Shown here: positions 19,157 through 31,225 of the stretch, piece by piece
Position numbering within the stretch: position 1 is the first letter of the stretch
Layout of the letters: each line of letters starts with the position of its first letter
NCBI GenBank assembly: GCA_011524535.1
Contig: WTKD01000006.1
Coordinates: 168,262 to 232,261, forward strand
From: Spirochaetaceae bacterium
GTDB taxonomy: Bacteria; Spirochaetota; Spirochaetia; WTKD01
DNA length: 64,000 bases
Direction: 5' to 3'
The notes under the pieces: generated by a model
What the model saw: only the letters and a program-made list of their open reading frames with translations
Told to the model about the DNA's origin: nothing
Databases searched by the model: none
Made by a program: the position numbers and the translations under genes

Positions 19157-22100
19157 ATGGGTATTGTTGAAACAATTATAAAACGTCCGATCACACCAAT
19201 TATCATATTTTCATTGGTTGTTATTGTTGGTCTGGTTACTCTTGTTAACATAGGAGTTGAACTATTTCCAGAAGTTTCGTTTCCAACATTGACTGTGTCT
19301 ACGATTTTGGAGGATGCCAGTCCACGAGAAATGGAAAAAAATGTTACAGAAGTTCTTGAAGGGTCATTGGGTAATACTCCACGACTGGAATCTATTTCTT
19401 CTGAGGTAAAGAAAGGAGCAAGCACCATAACACTTGAATTTGAATATGGTACCGATCTTGATGATGCAGCGAATTCTGTGCGCGATAGGCTAGGACTGGT
19501 TGAAACGTTTCTTCCTTCGGGGGCACAAACTCAAGTTTTGCAGTTTGATACAGGTTCGATCCCCGTTATGGTTTTGAGCGTGAGTGCCCCACGGGATAGT
19601 GCAGAAATATATGAAATAGCTGACGATTCAATACGCCCCCTTATCGAACGACTGGATGGGGTTGCTCAGAGTTTTGTAGTTGGAGGCGACGAATCGATTG
19701 TTCGAGTGGAGGTGCCGCTGGATCGCCTAGAGGCATACGATGTAACACTCACCGAAATTTCACAGTTATTTTTAGCGAACAACACCGAGGTATTTGGAGG
19801 TGAACTTTCCCGAGGAAGCTACGATTACATAGTTGAGACTTCTGGTCAATTTGAAGACATAGAGGACATACGGAATGCTGTTGTGGGATATAGGAGGACC
19901 AACAATGGTGATAGTTACCCGATCAGAATAAGTGATATCGCAGATGTTTATTTTGATTTTGAAGCGCGTTCCACACAGGTGTACGTAAATGGTAATCCAT
20001 CGGTGTATGTTGGTGTTCAGAAGAAGAGTTCTGCGAATGCTGTGCAGGTTTCAGATAACGTTAAGGCATTACAAGAAGAAATTCTCCGTATATTACCACC
20101 AGATTTTGAAGTCAACGAGGTATGGGACTCTTCTATTGAGGTGCGAAATTCTTTGACAAGTGTTAGCGAAAGTGCAGCCATAGGTGCTGTTTTGGCAATT
20201 CTTGTGCTTTTATTTTTTCTTAGAAGCATACGTACTACATTTGTCATTGCGTGTTCGGTTCCCGTCTCCTTGGTGGTTACTCTCCTTGCGATGAATTTCT
20301 TTAATCTAACACTGAACGTTATGACTCTAGCAGGATTGGCACTTGGTGTGGGAATGTTGGTAGATAATTCTATCGTTGTGCTCGAGAATATATTTCGATA
20401 CCGAGAACGAGGGGCTAGCCTTTCGAGTTCAGCTCTCCTCGGAAGCAAGGAAATGTTAACCGCTATTTCGGCTTCGACTTTGACGACGGTCGGTGTATTT
20501 TTTCCATTGGTTTTGTTTAGAAATGATCTTGGACTGGTCGGAGAATTATTTACTTCTTTTGTTATAACGGTTACGGTTGCGCTACTCACATCTCTTATTG
20601 TGGCGATGATCTTAGTGCCGGTCTTGTCTAGCCATTATTTTAAATTGCGCAGCAATAAGCAGCGTAAACTTAAGGGAATTTTTGCTTTTTTTGACTCTAT
20701 ACTAGAGCGATCTTTTCTAGCAGTAGAGAAAACATATAAACGATTTCTTTCATTTTTGCTCCGCCATCGATTCTTTGCTACGTTGGGTGTGATACTTGTA
20801 TCCGTTGGATTAATTTTCCTTTTCCCTTTTTCTGGCTTCAATTTTCTCCCAGAGTCTGATGGAGATCGCGTAGATCTACGAGTTAATTTACCACCGGGCA
20901 CGCAGGCAGATATCACGAGGAATCTTTTGTTTTCTGTTGAACAAACAATGAAAGAGCAATATGGTGCGGAAAATATCACGACAACACTAGTTGAAATCGG
21001 AGAACCGGTCCGTGGTCCTGGGGTTTCTGCACAGAACAACGCAACGGGTGCTCTGACAATGATTTTGAGTGGCTTTGAGGAGCGAACAGCTAGCGTAGAT
21101 GAACTTATTTCAACGGCTTCAGAGAAAATGACAGAATATCCTTTTGCTGAATATGAATTTTCTGAAGGGGGTGGATTCTCAGGGTTAAGTACTTATCCGC
21201 TAGAAATTTTTATAAAAGGTCAAGACTTCGATGAAATGGGGGATACAGCGGAACAAATTCTTGCAATTATGGAAGAAGATGAACGGATTATTAATCCTTT
21301 TATCGATGAAACAGAACCTCTGTTGCAATTGAATGTTGATATTGATCGCGAAAGAGCGTATAACCTTGGTCTTAATGTTCGTAGCATAGGGGGAGAGGTT
21401 AATGCATTACTCGATGGAGTATCTGCGGGAACGTTGCGTTTATCTAATCAAGATTATGACATCAAGTTAAGCGTCTCAGAAGAGAATCGTGATTCGGTCC
21501 CAGATCTTTCGCGTGCGTATATTTTCACCAATCAGCGTCAAAAAATCCGTTTGAGTAATATCGCTTCCTATAGAGAAACACAATCACCGAATACAATTAA
21601 TCGTACGGATAAAAGTCGCTATGTTCGAGTGGTAGCCCGAACAACGCCAGGAATTACAGTTGATACATTGGTTGGAGATCTTCAAAAGAGAATACAGGCT
21701 GAGGTTCCGCTTCTTCCTGGCATTTTGATCGAATACAGAGGGGATTATGAAGAAACTCAAGAATTATTAGGGACTCTCATGGTATTTGCAATTCTTTCTG
21801 CACTCATTGTGTTTGGGATCATGGCAAGCCTCTTCGAATCTTTTGTAGATCCATTTATCATAATCTTCACTATTCCACTTTCACTCGCAGGTGTGTTCTT
21901 TATATATGGGGTTACCGGGGCTGCCATGAACGCATTTACCGCGATTGGGCTCATAATGCTCATAGGAATTGTTGTAAATACGGGGATAGTGTTGGTTGAT
22001 TACACAAACCTTCTACGAAAACGCGGATTAAGTTTACTCGAAGCTGGAGCGGAAGCTGGTCGATCTCGATTGCGCCCTATACTCATGACAACATTGACTA

Positions 22101-22345
22101 CAATTTGTGGTATGGCTCCACTAGCCTTTCGATCAACCGAAGGAAGCAGTCTTATTACGCCCATTGCATTGACCGTTGTTGGAGGATTGATTAGCGCAAC
22201 TATACTAACTCTCTTCTTCATACCGGTTTTGTACGCTATTTTCAATGTGAGAATTGAAAAACGCAAAAAGAAAAAGGCAGCAAAATTGGCTGCACGTCAA
22301 CAAAAATTGAAAGAAGAGCAAGCTTCTGTATTGGAGGGTGCATAA
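19157..22345 (+). CDS. RND efflux transporter permease (AcrB/BesB-like)
   Basis: GMLVDNSIVVLENI, RLRPILMTTLTT, 12-TM RND topology. SD AAGGAG before ATG 19157. Confidence 0.95.
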   Translation: MGIVETIIKRPITPIIIFSLVVIVGLVTLVNIGVELFPEVSFPTLTVSTILEDASPREMEKNVTEVLEGSLGNTPRLESISSEVKKGASTITLEFEYGTDLDDAANSVRDRLGLVETFLPSGAQTQVLQFDTGSIPVMVLSVSAPRDSAEIYEIADDSIRPLIERLDGVAQSFVVGGDESIVRVEVPLDRLEAYDVTLTEISQLFLANNTEVFGGELSRGSYDYIVETSGQFEDIEDIRNAVVGYRRTNNGDSYPIRISDIADVYFDFEARSTQVYVNGNPSVYVGVQKKSSANAVQVSDNVKALQEEILRILPPDFEVNEVWDSSIEVRNSLTSVSESAAIGAVLAILVLLFFLRSIRTTFVIACSVPVSLVVTLLAMNFFNLTLNVMTLAGLALGVGMLVDNSIVVLENIFRYRERGASLSSSALLGSKEMLTAISASTLTTVGVFFPLVLFRNDLGLVGELFTSFVITVTVALLTSLIVAMILVPVLSSHYFKLRSNKQRKLKGIFAFFDSILERSFLAVEKTYKRFLSFLLRHRFFATLGVILVSVGLIFLFPFSGFNFLPESDGDRVDLRVNLPPGTQADITRNLLFSVEQTMKEQYGAENITTTLVEIGEPVRGPGVSAQNNATGALTMILSGFEERTASVDELISTASEKMTEYPFAEYEFSEGGGFSGLSTYPLEIFIKGQDFDEMGDTAEQILAIMEEDERIINPFIDETEPLLQLNVDIDRERAYNLGLNVRSIGGEVNALLDGVSAGTLRLSNQDYDIKLSVSEENRDSVPDLSRAYIFTNQRQKIRLSNIASYRETQSPNTINRTDKSRYVRVVARTTPGITVDTLVGDLQKRIQAEVPLLPGILIEYRGDYEETQELLGTLMVFAILSALIVFGIMASLFESFVDPFIIIFTIPLSLAGVFFIYGVTGAAMNAFTAIGLIMLIGIVVNTGIVLVDYTNLLRKRGLSLLEAGAEAGRSRLRPILMTTLTTICGMAPLAFRSTEGSSLITPIALTVVGGLISATILTLFFIPVLYAIFNVRIEKRKKKKAAKLAARQQKLKEEQASVLEGA

Positions 22346-22349
22346 ACTA

Positions 22350-22643
22350 ATGCAAAGGATTGAGATATTTTCCACCGAAGCGGTACAAGAAGATTTCTTC
22401 GAAATGCTTGAAAGAGAAACAGGCATAACCAATTATTCTTATGTGACCGGAACCTGTGGTTCTGGAAATCAAGGAAAAAGAATAGGGGATTCTGTTTGGC
22501 CAGAGAGGAATTTCACGTTCATCTGTTATGTAAAAGATGAAATGATAGAAAGAATTCTAGAAGTGGCAAAAAGAATGAAAGACCTGTTTCCCAATGACGG
22601 CATAGAGATGTTTAGCAGCGAAGCAACGGGATATACCCTATAG
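22350..22643 (+). CDS. Small PII-like transporter-associated protein (PG0541-like)
   Basis: ~97 aa directly after the RND gene; G.G..G...G..VWPERN pattern typical of this family. Confidence 0.7.
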   Translation: MQRIEIFSTEAVQEDFFEMLERETGITNYSYVTGTCGSGNQGKRIGDSVWPERNFTFICYVKDEMIERILEVAKRMKDLFPNDGIEMFSSEATGYTL

Positions 22644-22654
22644 ATTTGAGAACC

Positions 22655-22688
22655 CGGGACAGCTACAGAAAGTTCTGTAGCTGTCCCG
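22655..22688. terminator. Perfect 16-bp inverted repeat between convergent genes; probable bidirectional terminator
   Basis: CGGGACAGCTACAGAA-AG-TTCTGTAGCTGTCCCG. Confidence 0.7.
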
Positions 22689-22803
22689 TTCGGGAAGCCC
22701 TTTTTCTCTTGGTAGGACCCCAGTTATTGTCTAACCAAGACGATACACTTCTTCAGAAGACAGCGATGATTGAACTCTACGAATGAGAGCTCCTAATGTT
22801 CGC

Positions 22804-24261
22804 CTATTCGGATACTTTGTCGATGGGAAGCCGTTCTTGTACAGCAGAACATACGGCTGCAGTTATTTCAACGCATCGCCCGTGATAGTTTGCGGGAATG
22901 GCGAAGAATTGATCAATTGTATCAAATCCAAGGGTTTTAATGTGTGCGCTACAGGCGGACACAAGTTCTTTTTTAGAGGCTAAAATCTCTTTCAGAGGGG
23001 CATTTATTCGTTTTGATTCTTGGACCATTCCCCTCACATACTCATAAGCATTCTTAACCCCAGAGACACTCAGAAGAATATACACAGGCTCGGCGAGAAT
23101 AGAGTCGTTTGCTTGGTTCAGATTTTCCTGCATTCTTTCTCGGTGTACGGATAACCCGGTCAAGATATGCGAAATACGTTCACTTGCTTGCATGATGACT
23201 GCATACCATTCCAGGCTAAATCGAGTTGATGCTGAATTTGTGAGGTCGCGTTGATGTTCACTTAGTTGGTCAAAAAAAGCAGTAAGAAGTTGTGGTGTTG
23301 CGACCTTCCATAGGCTCTTTATGTGTTCACAATTCCATGGATTTCGTTTCTGAGGCATTGTCGAGGATCCGACCTGATCTCTAGAAAATGTTTCACTGAA
23401 TTCACCAATTTCAGAACGTGAAAGGTGGCGGAGATCATCTGCCAAATCAGCGATAATACCAATCGCTAGTTGCAATTCACTGCGCAGTCTAATAAGAAAT
23501 TCGGGTTGAACTATTTGTGTCGATATTTCACAGGGGCTCAATCCGAGTTGCGCTAGTGTTTCTTTTTCAAATTCTTTGGGGTTGGGAATTATGATACCAA
23601 GGGCATGAAATCCCCCTACTGCACCAGAAAGCTTACCCTTAAGATTATTTGTTTTTTCAATAAGTTCTTGGATGGAAATAGACAAGCGAGAAGCATAAGA
23701 AGCAAAGAAATACCCCGCTGTGATGGGTATTGCAAACTGTCCGTGGGTCCTCCCAATTTGGAAGGTTTCAATTTCCTCCTTTGCGCGATCAAGAAGCTTT
23801 CGACAAACTCGAATAAGGCTCGGAATAATGCAATCGGTCATAAGCTTTTTTATGCGCAAAGAGTGGGCTGTATCTAGCACATCAGAAGATGTTAATCCCA
23901 GGTGTACGAACCGGCTAATGTCGTCAGGAAGATATTGGGAAAAAACACGAACCACGGCTCGCATATGGTGCTTGGTTTCCCTTTCTTCTGTATATACTTG
24001 TTCTGGATCGACTTTATGCGCTGCATCATCTATTTGTTTTGTGAAATTTGCTATTTCTTTTGCGGAGTGGGTTTTCTTGTAGAGGTGTTTTATGAACTGT
24101 TGCGTGATGACTTTTTCCACTTCAACCTCAAAAGAAACCGAGGCATTTTCACTGAGGATATTTGACAAAGCTTTGAAGAGTTCTGGGTTAGACACCGCAT
24201 ATCGCGTATCTAAAGGTGATATATTACCATAATCAGTAAAAAATGTCTTTTTGTTAGACAT
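22804..24261 (-). CDS. purB: Adenylosuccinate lyase
   Basis: ISPLDTRY, HLGLTSSD, GRTHGQ and fumarate-lyase signature GSSTMPQKRNP. Confidence 0.95.
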   Translation of the reverse strand: MSNKKTFFTDYGNISPLDTRYAVSNPELFKALSNILSENASVSFEVEVEKVITQQFIKHLYKKTHSAKEIANFTKQIDDAAHKVDPEQVYTEERETKHHMRAVVRVFSQYLPDDISRFVHLGLTSSDVLDTAHSLRIKKLMTDCIIPSLIRVCRKLLDRAKEEIETFQIGRTHGQFAIPITAGYFFASYASRLSISIQELIEKTNNLKGKLSGAVGGFHALGIIIPNPKEFEKETLAQLGLSPCEISTQIVQPEFLIRLRSELQLAIGIIADLADDLRHLSRSEIGEFSETFSRDQVGSSTMPQKRNPWNCEHIKSLWKVATPQLLTAFFDQLSEHQRDLTNSASTRFSLEWYAVIMQASERISHILTGLSVHRERMQENLNQANDSILAEPVYILLSVSGVKNAYEYVRGMVQESKRINAPLKEILASKKELVSACSAHIKTLGFDTIDQFFAIPANYHGRCVEITAAVCSAVQERLPIDKVSE

Positions 24262-24266
24262 AGTGC

Positions 24267-24295
24267 ATGATATACAATTGAAATCTCTACGACAA
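24267..24295 (-). promoter_or_regulatory. Sigma70 promoter TTGTCG-N17-TATCAT, 5 nt before purB ATG (leaderless)
   Basis: Read directly; no SD. Confidence 0.65.
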
Positions 24296-24314
24296 TATCA
24301 TTTTAATTGAAAGT

Positions 24315-24342
24315 TTGACAAAAGAGATCTAGCGAGTATAAT
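24315..24342 (+). promoter_or_regulatory. Consensus sigma70 promoter of groEL, TTGACA-N16-TATAAT
   Basis: Both hexamers perfect; SD GGAGG before ATG 24392; no CIRCE element seen. Confidence 0.8.
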
Positions 24343-24388
24343 GATTATAAATTCAAAGACTACTAATAAAAACCATACTGGAGGATAA

Positions 24389-26035
<1,647 letters not shown>

Positions 26036-26049
26036 CGTACTATGGCTGT

Positions 26050-26343
26050 ATGAAACGAAATGATTTTGTTTTTTCGATTGCGTTCACCAAAAAATCAACA
26101 ATGGTGAACAAAAAACTTAAAAGTGCCTATGCGAACAAGCCTTTCCTGACTTTGTTGGAGAAAGGCTTGTTTCGTCAAGCATTGGCTATGGCCTTGTTCG
26201 ATAATGACATTTCACAACAAGAAACCTTTCTGCAGACGTATGGGAGGCTTATTGGTAAAGATGATCTAGTTATTGAGGAAGTAAAGAAAATATTTGGCGT
26301 TTATGATGTTCTTAACTCTGTAAATGCTGTAGAATTGGTCTAA
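26050..26343 (+). CDS. Small hypothetical protein between groEL and yajC
   Basis: 97-aa ORF filling the gap. Recalled to occupy the same position as a small hypothetical gene in Borrelia. Confidence 0.75.
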   Translation: MKRNDFVFSIAFTKKSTMVNKKLKSAYANKPFLTLLEKGLFRQALAMALFDNDISQQETFLQTYGRLIGKDDLVIEEVKKIFGVYDVLNSVNAVELV

Positions 26344-26357
26344 ATTACAATATAACG

Positions 26358-26759
26358 GTGGTATATATGGAAAATATTTCTATGTTTTTATTAGGTGTTG
26401 GAACTTCAGCACAGCAAGGTGGCGAAGGTGGCGGGTCAGCTTATTCTCTAATCATGATAGCACTCATTGGAGTTGTTTTCTATTTTTTGTTGATACGTCC
26501 TCAGAGCAAACGTCAGAAAGAACAAAAAAAGATGATTAGTTCGGTCGAGAAGGGTGATTCTGTTACTACAATAGGAGGTATTCGAGGTACGGTACAATCG
26601 GTTAAAGAAGATACATTTCTTTTGCAAGTAGACGGTTCAACAAAAATAGAGTTTTCTCGAAACGCTATATCGAATGTAACAAAATCAAAAGCCAAAGATG
26701 ATCAAAAGAAAGTATCCGAAGAAGACTCACAGGACAATAAAAAAACGAAAAAGTCCTAG
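26358..26759 (+). CDS. yajC: Preprotein translocase subunit YajC
   Basis: FYFLLIRPQSKRQK and GDSVTTIGGIRG motifs. Start may be GTG 26358 or ATG 26367. Confidence 0.95.
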   Translation: MVYMENISMFLLGVGTSAQQGGEGGGSAYSLIMIALIGVVFYFLLIRPQSKRQKEQKKMISSVEKGDSVTTIGGIRGTVQSVKEDTFLLQVDGSTKIEFSRNAISNVTKSKAKDDQKKVSEEDSQDNKKTKKS

Positions 26760-26789
26760 AATGGAGTAACAACTTTTGGAGGTAGAGCA

Positions 26790-28532
26790 ATGAGTAAACG
26801 GTTTCGTGCGCTTCTAGTAGTGCTTATTCTTTCGCTTGCGGGATTCGCAATTTATCCAACATTTGAATGGTATTTTATATATGATGATGCCCAGAGAGAG
26901 CTATTGTCTTCCAGCAGACTCGTGTTGGTTGATGAGGCCCAGAAAAGAGCGCAAGAAACGCTTCAGACTATAACCAACTCATTGTCAGAAAACCCTGAGG
27001 CTACCATAGACGAGGAGTATTCCTTTATTCTTGATGTTGCAAAATCAAACTATGAGTTAGATGGAGCAGAAGTTCCGGAGACCATGAACGTGGTGGCTAT
27101 TCTTAATAGCTTCACCAGTGAGCAGGAGGCCTTTTCTGCGGTAGAACAGCATTATTTTCAAGAGCTTGATGCTCAGAAGAGCAAAAAAAGCCGGCTTATA
27201 CAACTGGGATTAGATCTCTTTGGTGGCGTAAGGTTGATATTAAGTCCAGATGAGACATCGTTAACAGAACAGTTCGGTGCTGCTCCCGATAACGCGCAGA
27301 TCAGCGATGCCGTTGACGTTGCTGTCGAAGTTTTGAATAGCCGTATCGATGCTTTCGGTGTTTCTGAACCTCAGATACGAAAAAACGACAACAATCAAAT
27401 CTCGGTTGAAATTCCAGGTGATAACGATCCTGATCGTGTCCAAACTTTGCTGTCTGGTAAAGGAAGTCTAAATTTTGTATTGGTAGACGAATCTGGCACG
27501 GATGAACTCATTCTTTTGCAAAGAGATGAACCAGGATGGAACCATGAAGTAGATGGGGACCCTGATTTTATAGATGCCAATTCACAGGTTGTAGAATACA
27601 TAACCAAAGATCAGTATGGATTAGAACAGCGTGTGAGATGGATAGCTATTTATAGAAATCCAGAAGAAAATGGATTACTCGGACAATATATTGTAGATGC
27701 AAGTACCGGACACGACCCGATAACAGGGCGTCCGACTGTTAATTTTTCACTCAACAACGAAGGTGCCGATATATTTGCCAAACTGACCCGTGATAATGCT
27801 GGACAATCTCTCGCCATCGTTATGGATGACAGGGTTCGGGCCTATGCCCAAATTCGCGGAGAAATCCCTGGAGGACAAGGTTCCATAAGTGGATTTACCA
27901 TTGAAGAGAGTGCAGATATTGCCCTTGTACTTCGAACAGCAGCGTTACCGGTGAAACTGAATGTGGAAAGTCAGCAAAGTATTGGAGCCAGCATAAGCGA
28001 AGGAGCCGTTCAGGCAGGATTGAGAGCTTCTCTATTGGCATTCGTTGTCGTTGTACTGTTTATGTTGGTATATTATCGCGGAGCGGGATTCATTGCTGGA
28101 ACCGTTCTTGTGGTGAATCTTCTTATGATGCTTGCTATACTCTCTGCTTTTAACCTTACTCTTACTCTTACCAGCATAGCAGCTATTATCTTGACGGTTG
28201 GAATGTCGGTAGATGCGAATGTAATAGTATTTGAGCGTATAAAGGAAGAGTATGCCTATGGTAAATCGGTGCGTGCCTCAATTGATGCAGGCTTTGCTAA
28301 AGCTCTGTGGACTGTAGTAGATGCCAACATTACAACGTTTATAGCCGTGTTATTTCTTTCACAGGTAACAACCGGACCGGTGCAGGGTTTTGCTGTAACC
28401 CTTTCTGTTGGTATTGTTACCTCGATGGTGTCAGCTCTATTTTATGCTCGATTGATTTTCGATTTTGGGTGTGAAACGTTGGTCTGGAAAAAACTCAGTA
28501 TTGCTTGGGGTCCTAGGAAGGAGCAGACATGA
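26790..28532 (+). CDS. secD: Protein translocase subunit SecD
   Basis: LGLDLFGG, RIDAFGVSEP, GMSVDANVIVFERIKEE and DANITT motifs. Confidence 0.97.
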   Translation: MSKRFRALLVVLILSLAGFAIYPTFEWYFIYDDAQRELLSSSRLVLVDEAQKRAQETLQTITNSLSENPEATIDEEYSFILDVAKSNYELDGAEVPETMNVVAILNSFTSEQEAFSAVEQHYFQELDAQKSKKSRLIQLGLDLFGGVRLILSPDETSLTEQFGAAPDNAQISDAVDVAVEVLNSRIDAFGVSEPQIRKNDNNQISVEIPGDNDPDRVQTLLSGKGSLNFVLVDESGTDELILLQRDEPGWNHEVDGDPDFIDANSQVVEYITKDQYGLEQRVRWIAIYRNPEENGLLGQYIVDASTGHDPITGRPTVNFSLNNEGADIFAKLTRDNAGQSLAIVMDDRVRAYAQIRGEIPGGQGSISGFTIEESADIALVLRTAALPVKLNVESQQSIGASISEGAVQAGLRASLLAFVVVVLFMLVYYRGAGFIAGTVLVVNLLMMLAILSAFNLTLTLTSIAAIILTVGMSVDANVIVFERIKEEYAYGKSVRASIDAGFAKALWTVVDANITTFIAVLFLSQVTTGPVQGFAVTLSVGIVTSMVSALFYARLIFDFGCETLVWKKLSIAWGPRKEQT

Positions 28533-29566
28533 AAATTTACGATTATTCCAAAATCTCAAAGATATACTTCGTAGTAGTGAGTATTTTTGTTTTGGCTGGT
28601 ATTGGTGTAATGACCTTTGCTGGAGGATTCCAGTTTGGGATAGAATTCAATCCTGGAGCAAATCTCACGGTTAGGATAGGGGGAAGCTCATCCTTGGAAG
28701 AAGTAGAATCCATATTGAGGGAACCTTATCCGCTTGCCCGAGTGCAGATTCTAGACAATCAAATCGGAGATTATTTACTCAGGGTGCCCGTTAGTAGAGA
28801 GAGAGCTTTCCAGAGTGAAATTGAGACAGATGTGACCGATCTATTAGCAGAACAATTTGCTTCGGTTAGAGTCTTAGAATTTGGTTATGTCGGGGAAGCT
28901 TTTTCTCGTACATTTCAACTACAGACGGGAATTCTTACCTCTATTGCCCTATTGCTGATTCTTGTGTATCTTTGGTTCAGGTTTCGTTTCAATTTTGCAA
29001 TTTCCTCAATCATTACGCTTGTTTTTCATGATGCCTTGGTGGTGTTGGTCTTCTTAGGAGTTACCCGAATTGAAGTTACATCAGCAACAATAGCAGCCAT
29101 TCTAACGGTTCTAGGCTATTCCTTGAACGATACCATTGTTGTATTTGATCGAATTCGTGAGAATTTGGTTTTGATGAAGAATACATCTATGTCTGCTATA
29201 GTCAACACAAGCGTTACACAAAGTCTAAGAAGGACTATTATTACCTCGCTTACAACATTACTTGCGAGCATTGCCCTTATTGTGTTTGCAGAAGGCTCCG
29301 TGCGTAACTTTGCTATAGTGCTTTCATTTGGTGTCTTGAGTGGAACCTTCTCGTCAATATTTATAGCTTCTCCGTTGTTTCTGTTTTTTGAGAGACGGAA
29401 TAATTCAGCGAAAAATGCGTCACAATCTAGTAAAGAACCTTCTCTTGAAGGAGCGGCTCCGCAACAAGGCATGGTTATGGGATCGAATGATGATATAAAT
29501 CTTGCTAAATTGCGCGAAGAACTAGGTGGAACAAAACGCAAACAAAAGAAGAAAAAACGTTCATAG
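28529..29566 (+). CDS. secF: Protein translocase subunit SecF
   Basis: GIEF..G, HD and GYSLNDTIVVFDRIREN motifs; ATGA overlap with secD. Confidence 0.97.
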   Translation: MKIYDYSKISKIYFVVVSIFVLAGIGVMTFAGGFQFGIEFNPGANLTVRIGGSSSLEEVESILREPYPLARVQILDNQIGDYLLRVPVSRERAFQSEIETDVTDLLAEQFASVRVLEFGYVGEAFSRTFQLQTGILTSIALLLILVYLWFRFRFNFAISSIITLVFHDALVVLVFLGVTRIEVTSATIAAILTVLGYSLNDTIVVFDRIRENLVLMKNTSMSAIVNTSVTQSLRRTIITSLTTLLASIALIVFAEGSVRNFAIVLSFGVLSGTFSSIFIASPLFLFFERRNNSAKNASQSSKEPSLEGAAPQQGMVMGSNDDINLAKLREELGGTKRKQKKKKRS

Positions 29567-29682
29567 CGAATTCACTTTTTTGAAGAAATTCTAGCACATT
29601 TTTCCACTTCTTTAAAAAAAAGAATGGTTTGAGACCCTTTTTTAGACCCCTAAAAGAACACACGGTATCGAATAAACTTTGG

Positions 29683-29711
29683 TTGTATTTTCCCCAAAAT
29701 TGGGTTATAAT
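29683..29711 (+). promoter_or_regulatory. Sigma70 promoter TTGTAT-N17-TATAAT of the tct operon
   Basis: Followed by SD GGAGG and ATG 29730. Confidence 0.7.
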
Positions 29712-29729
29712 GGTGTTTTGGAGGAAATC

Positions 29730-30689
29730 ATGAATAAATTCACCACCTTTTTGTTTGTGCTGATTTGCGCATCAGTATCGCTTTTTGCACAAGATATAGA
29801 CTCTATACATTTTTTGATTCCTGGAGGAGCAGGAGGAGGCTGGGACGGGACCGCAAGAGGCACCGGGGAAGCCTTGGTTGGGTCTGGCCTTATTGACTCG
29901 GCGTCCTATGAAAACATGTCGGGGGGCGGAGGAGGAACCGCTATTGGCTACCTAATTAGAACTGGTCGTCGCCAGCAGGGAACGTTGATGGTAAACTCGA
30001 CTCCTATCATCACACGGTCAATTACTAAAGTATTCCCCTATTCTTTTGAAGATCTCACCCCTATAGCAAGTACTATCGGGGATTATGGAACACTTGTTGT
30101 TCATCCAGATTCTAAATTTTCTGATTTTTCTGATTTGATTAGTTCTGTCAAACGCGACCCTTCATCAGTAACCATCGGTGGAGGCTCGGTATTTGGCGAT
30201 CTCGATCATCTTGTGGCAGCTACTACTTTTAATGCAGCAGGAGTTTCCCCAAAAGAAATTAGTTATGCGGCTTACGATGCAGGGGGAAAAGCTCTTACTG
30301 GATTGTTGTCAGGAGAAATCGATGTACTGGCTACAGGACTTGGAGAAGCTCTTGAACTCTCCAGAAATGGACAAGTTCGTATTTTGGGAATCACGGCAAG
30401 TGAACGCCTCGAGGATGCCCCAGAGATACCAACATTTAAGGAGCAAGGAGCAGACGCCTACTTTGTAAACTGGAGGGGATTTTTCGGTCCTCCAGACCTT
30501 TCGAGCAGTAAAGTTCGTGAGTATCAAAATGTTCTAAAAGAAATGTATTCGACCGACGAATGGGAGGTTGTTCGTAAGCGAAATGGTTGGGTGAACATTT
30601 ACCAACCAGGAGCTGAATTTGTTGCTTTTTTGAAAGAGCAAGAAACTGAAATAAGAAAGCTTCGAAGTATTCTCGGACTAAGTGACTAG
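29730..30689 (+). CDS. tctC: Tripartite tricarboxylate transporter substrate-binding protein
   Basis: PGGAGGGWDGTAR, N..GGGG and NWRGFFGPP motifs; signal peptide. Confidence 0.92.
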   Translation: MNKFTTFLFVLICASVSLFAQDIDSIHFLIPGGAGGGWDGTARGTGEALVGSGLIDSASYENMSGGGGGTAIGYLIRTGRRQQGTLMVNSTPIITRSITKVFPYSFEDLTPIASTIGDYGTLVVHPDSKFSDFSDLISSVKRDPSSVTIGGGSVFGDLDHLVAATTFNAAGVSPKEISYAAYDAGGKALTGLLSGEIDVLATGLGEALELSRNGQVRILGITASERLEDAPEIPTFKEQGADAYFVNWRGFFGPPDLSSSKVREYQNVLKEMYSTDEWEVVRKRNGWVNIYQPGAEFVAFLKEQETEIRKLRSILGLSD

Positions 30690-30692
30690 CTA

Positions 30693-31217
30693 ATGTCGAA
30701 GAACATTACCCCAGTAATTGAATTTTGGGTTAGTGTTGCTTTGTTTCTATTTTCGGTTGCTTATGGGGTAGGGGCCATTCAACTTCCTTTACCCCAAGGA
30801 TCCGATTCAATACCAATTACTCCTAGAAGTATTCCAATTTTTCTTTCTTTTGCGGGAGCCTTTTTATCCTTAGTAATTATCATTCAAACATTTGTGAGCA
30901 ATAAATCTCTCATGTTCTTCTCTTCCTCTCAGCATCAATCGAAAAAGAATAAACTAAAAAAGACAGTTTTTACTGTAGCGCTCTTGCTATTTTTTATGGT
31001 TACCTATGGGTTCCTTCTTCCCTGGCTAGGGTTTCTTGTTTCTAGTTTTGGGTTTATCTGCGCGAGTATTATCGTACTTGGACAAAGAAAATGGTACGTG
31101 TTTCTTGGAGTCCCCCTTGTGACGGTTGTGGTATTTTGGTTGCTACTTGATGTATTACTAGGGGTATATCTTGGAGAGGGTGAACTTTTCTTTCTCCTTA
31201 CAGAGTTTTTTTCATAG
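30693..31217 (+). CDS. tctB: Tripartite tricarboxylate transporter small membrane subunit
   Basis: About four TM helices, PR..P and LGF motifs; lies between tctC and tctA. Confidence 0.88.
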   Translation: MSKNITPVIEFWVSVALFLFSVAYGVGAIQLPLPQGSDSIPITPRSIPIFLSFAGAFLSLVIIIQTFVSNKSLMFFSSSQHQSKKNKLKKTVFTVALLLFFMVTYGFLLPWLGFLVSSFGFICASIIVLGQRKWYVFLGVPLVTVVVFWLLLDVLLGVYLGEGELFFLLTEFFS

Positions 31218-31225
31218 AGGATGGT

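Noticed and set aside
22675-22705. Minus-strand UCCC-GAAC-GGGA-CAGC resembling SRP RNA domain IV
   Set aside because: The loop is not GNRA and the CAGG/AGCAG internal loop is missing.
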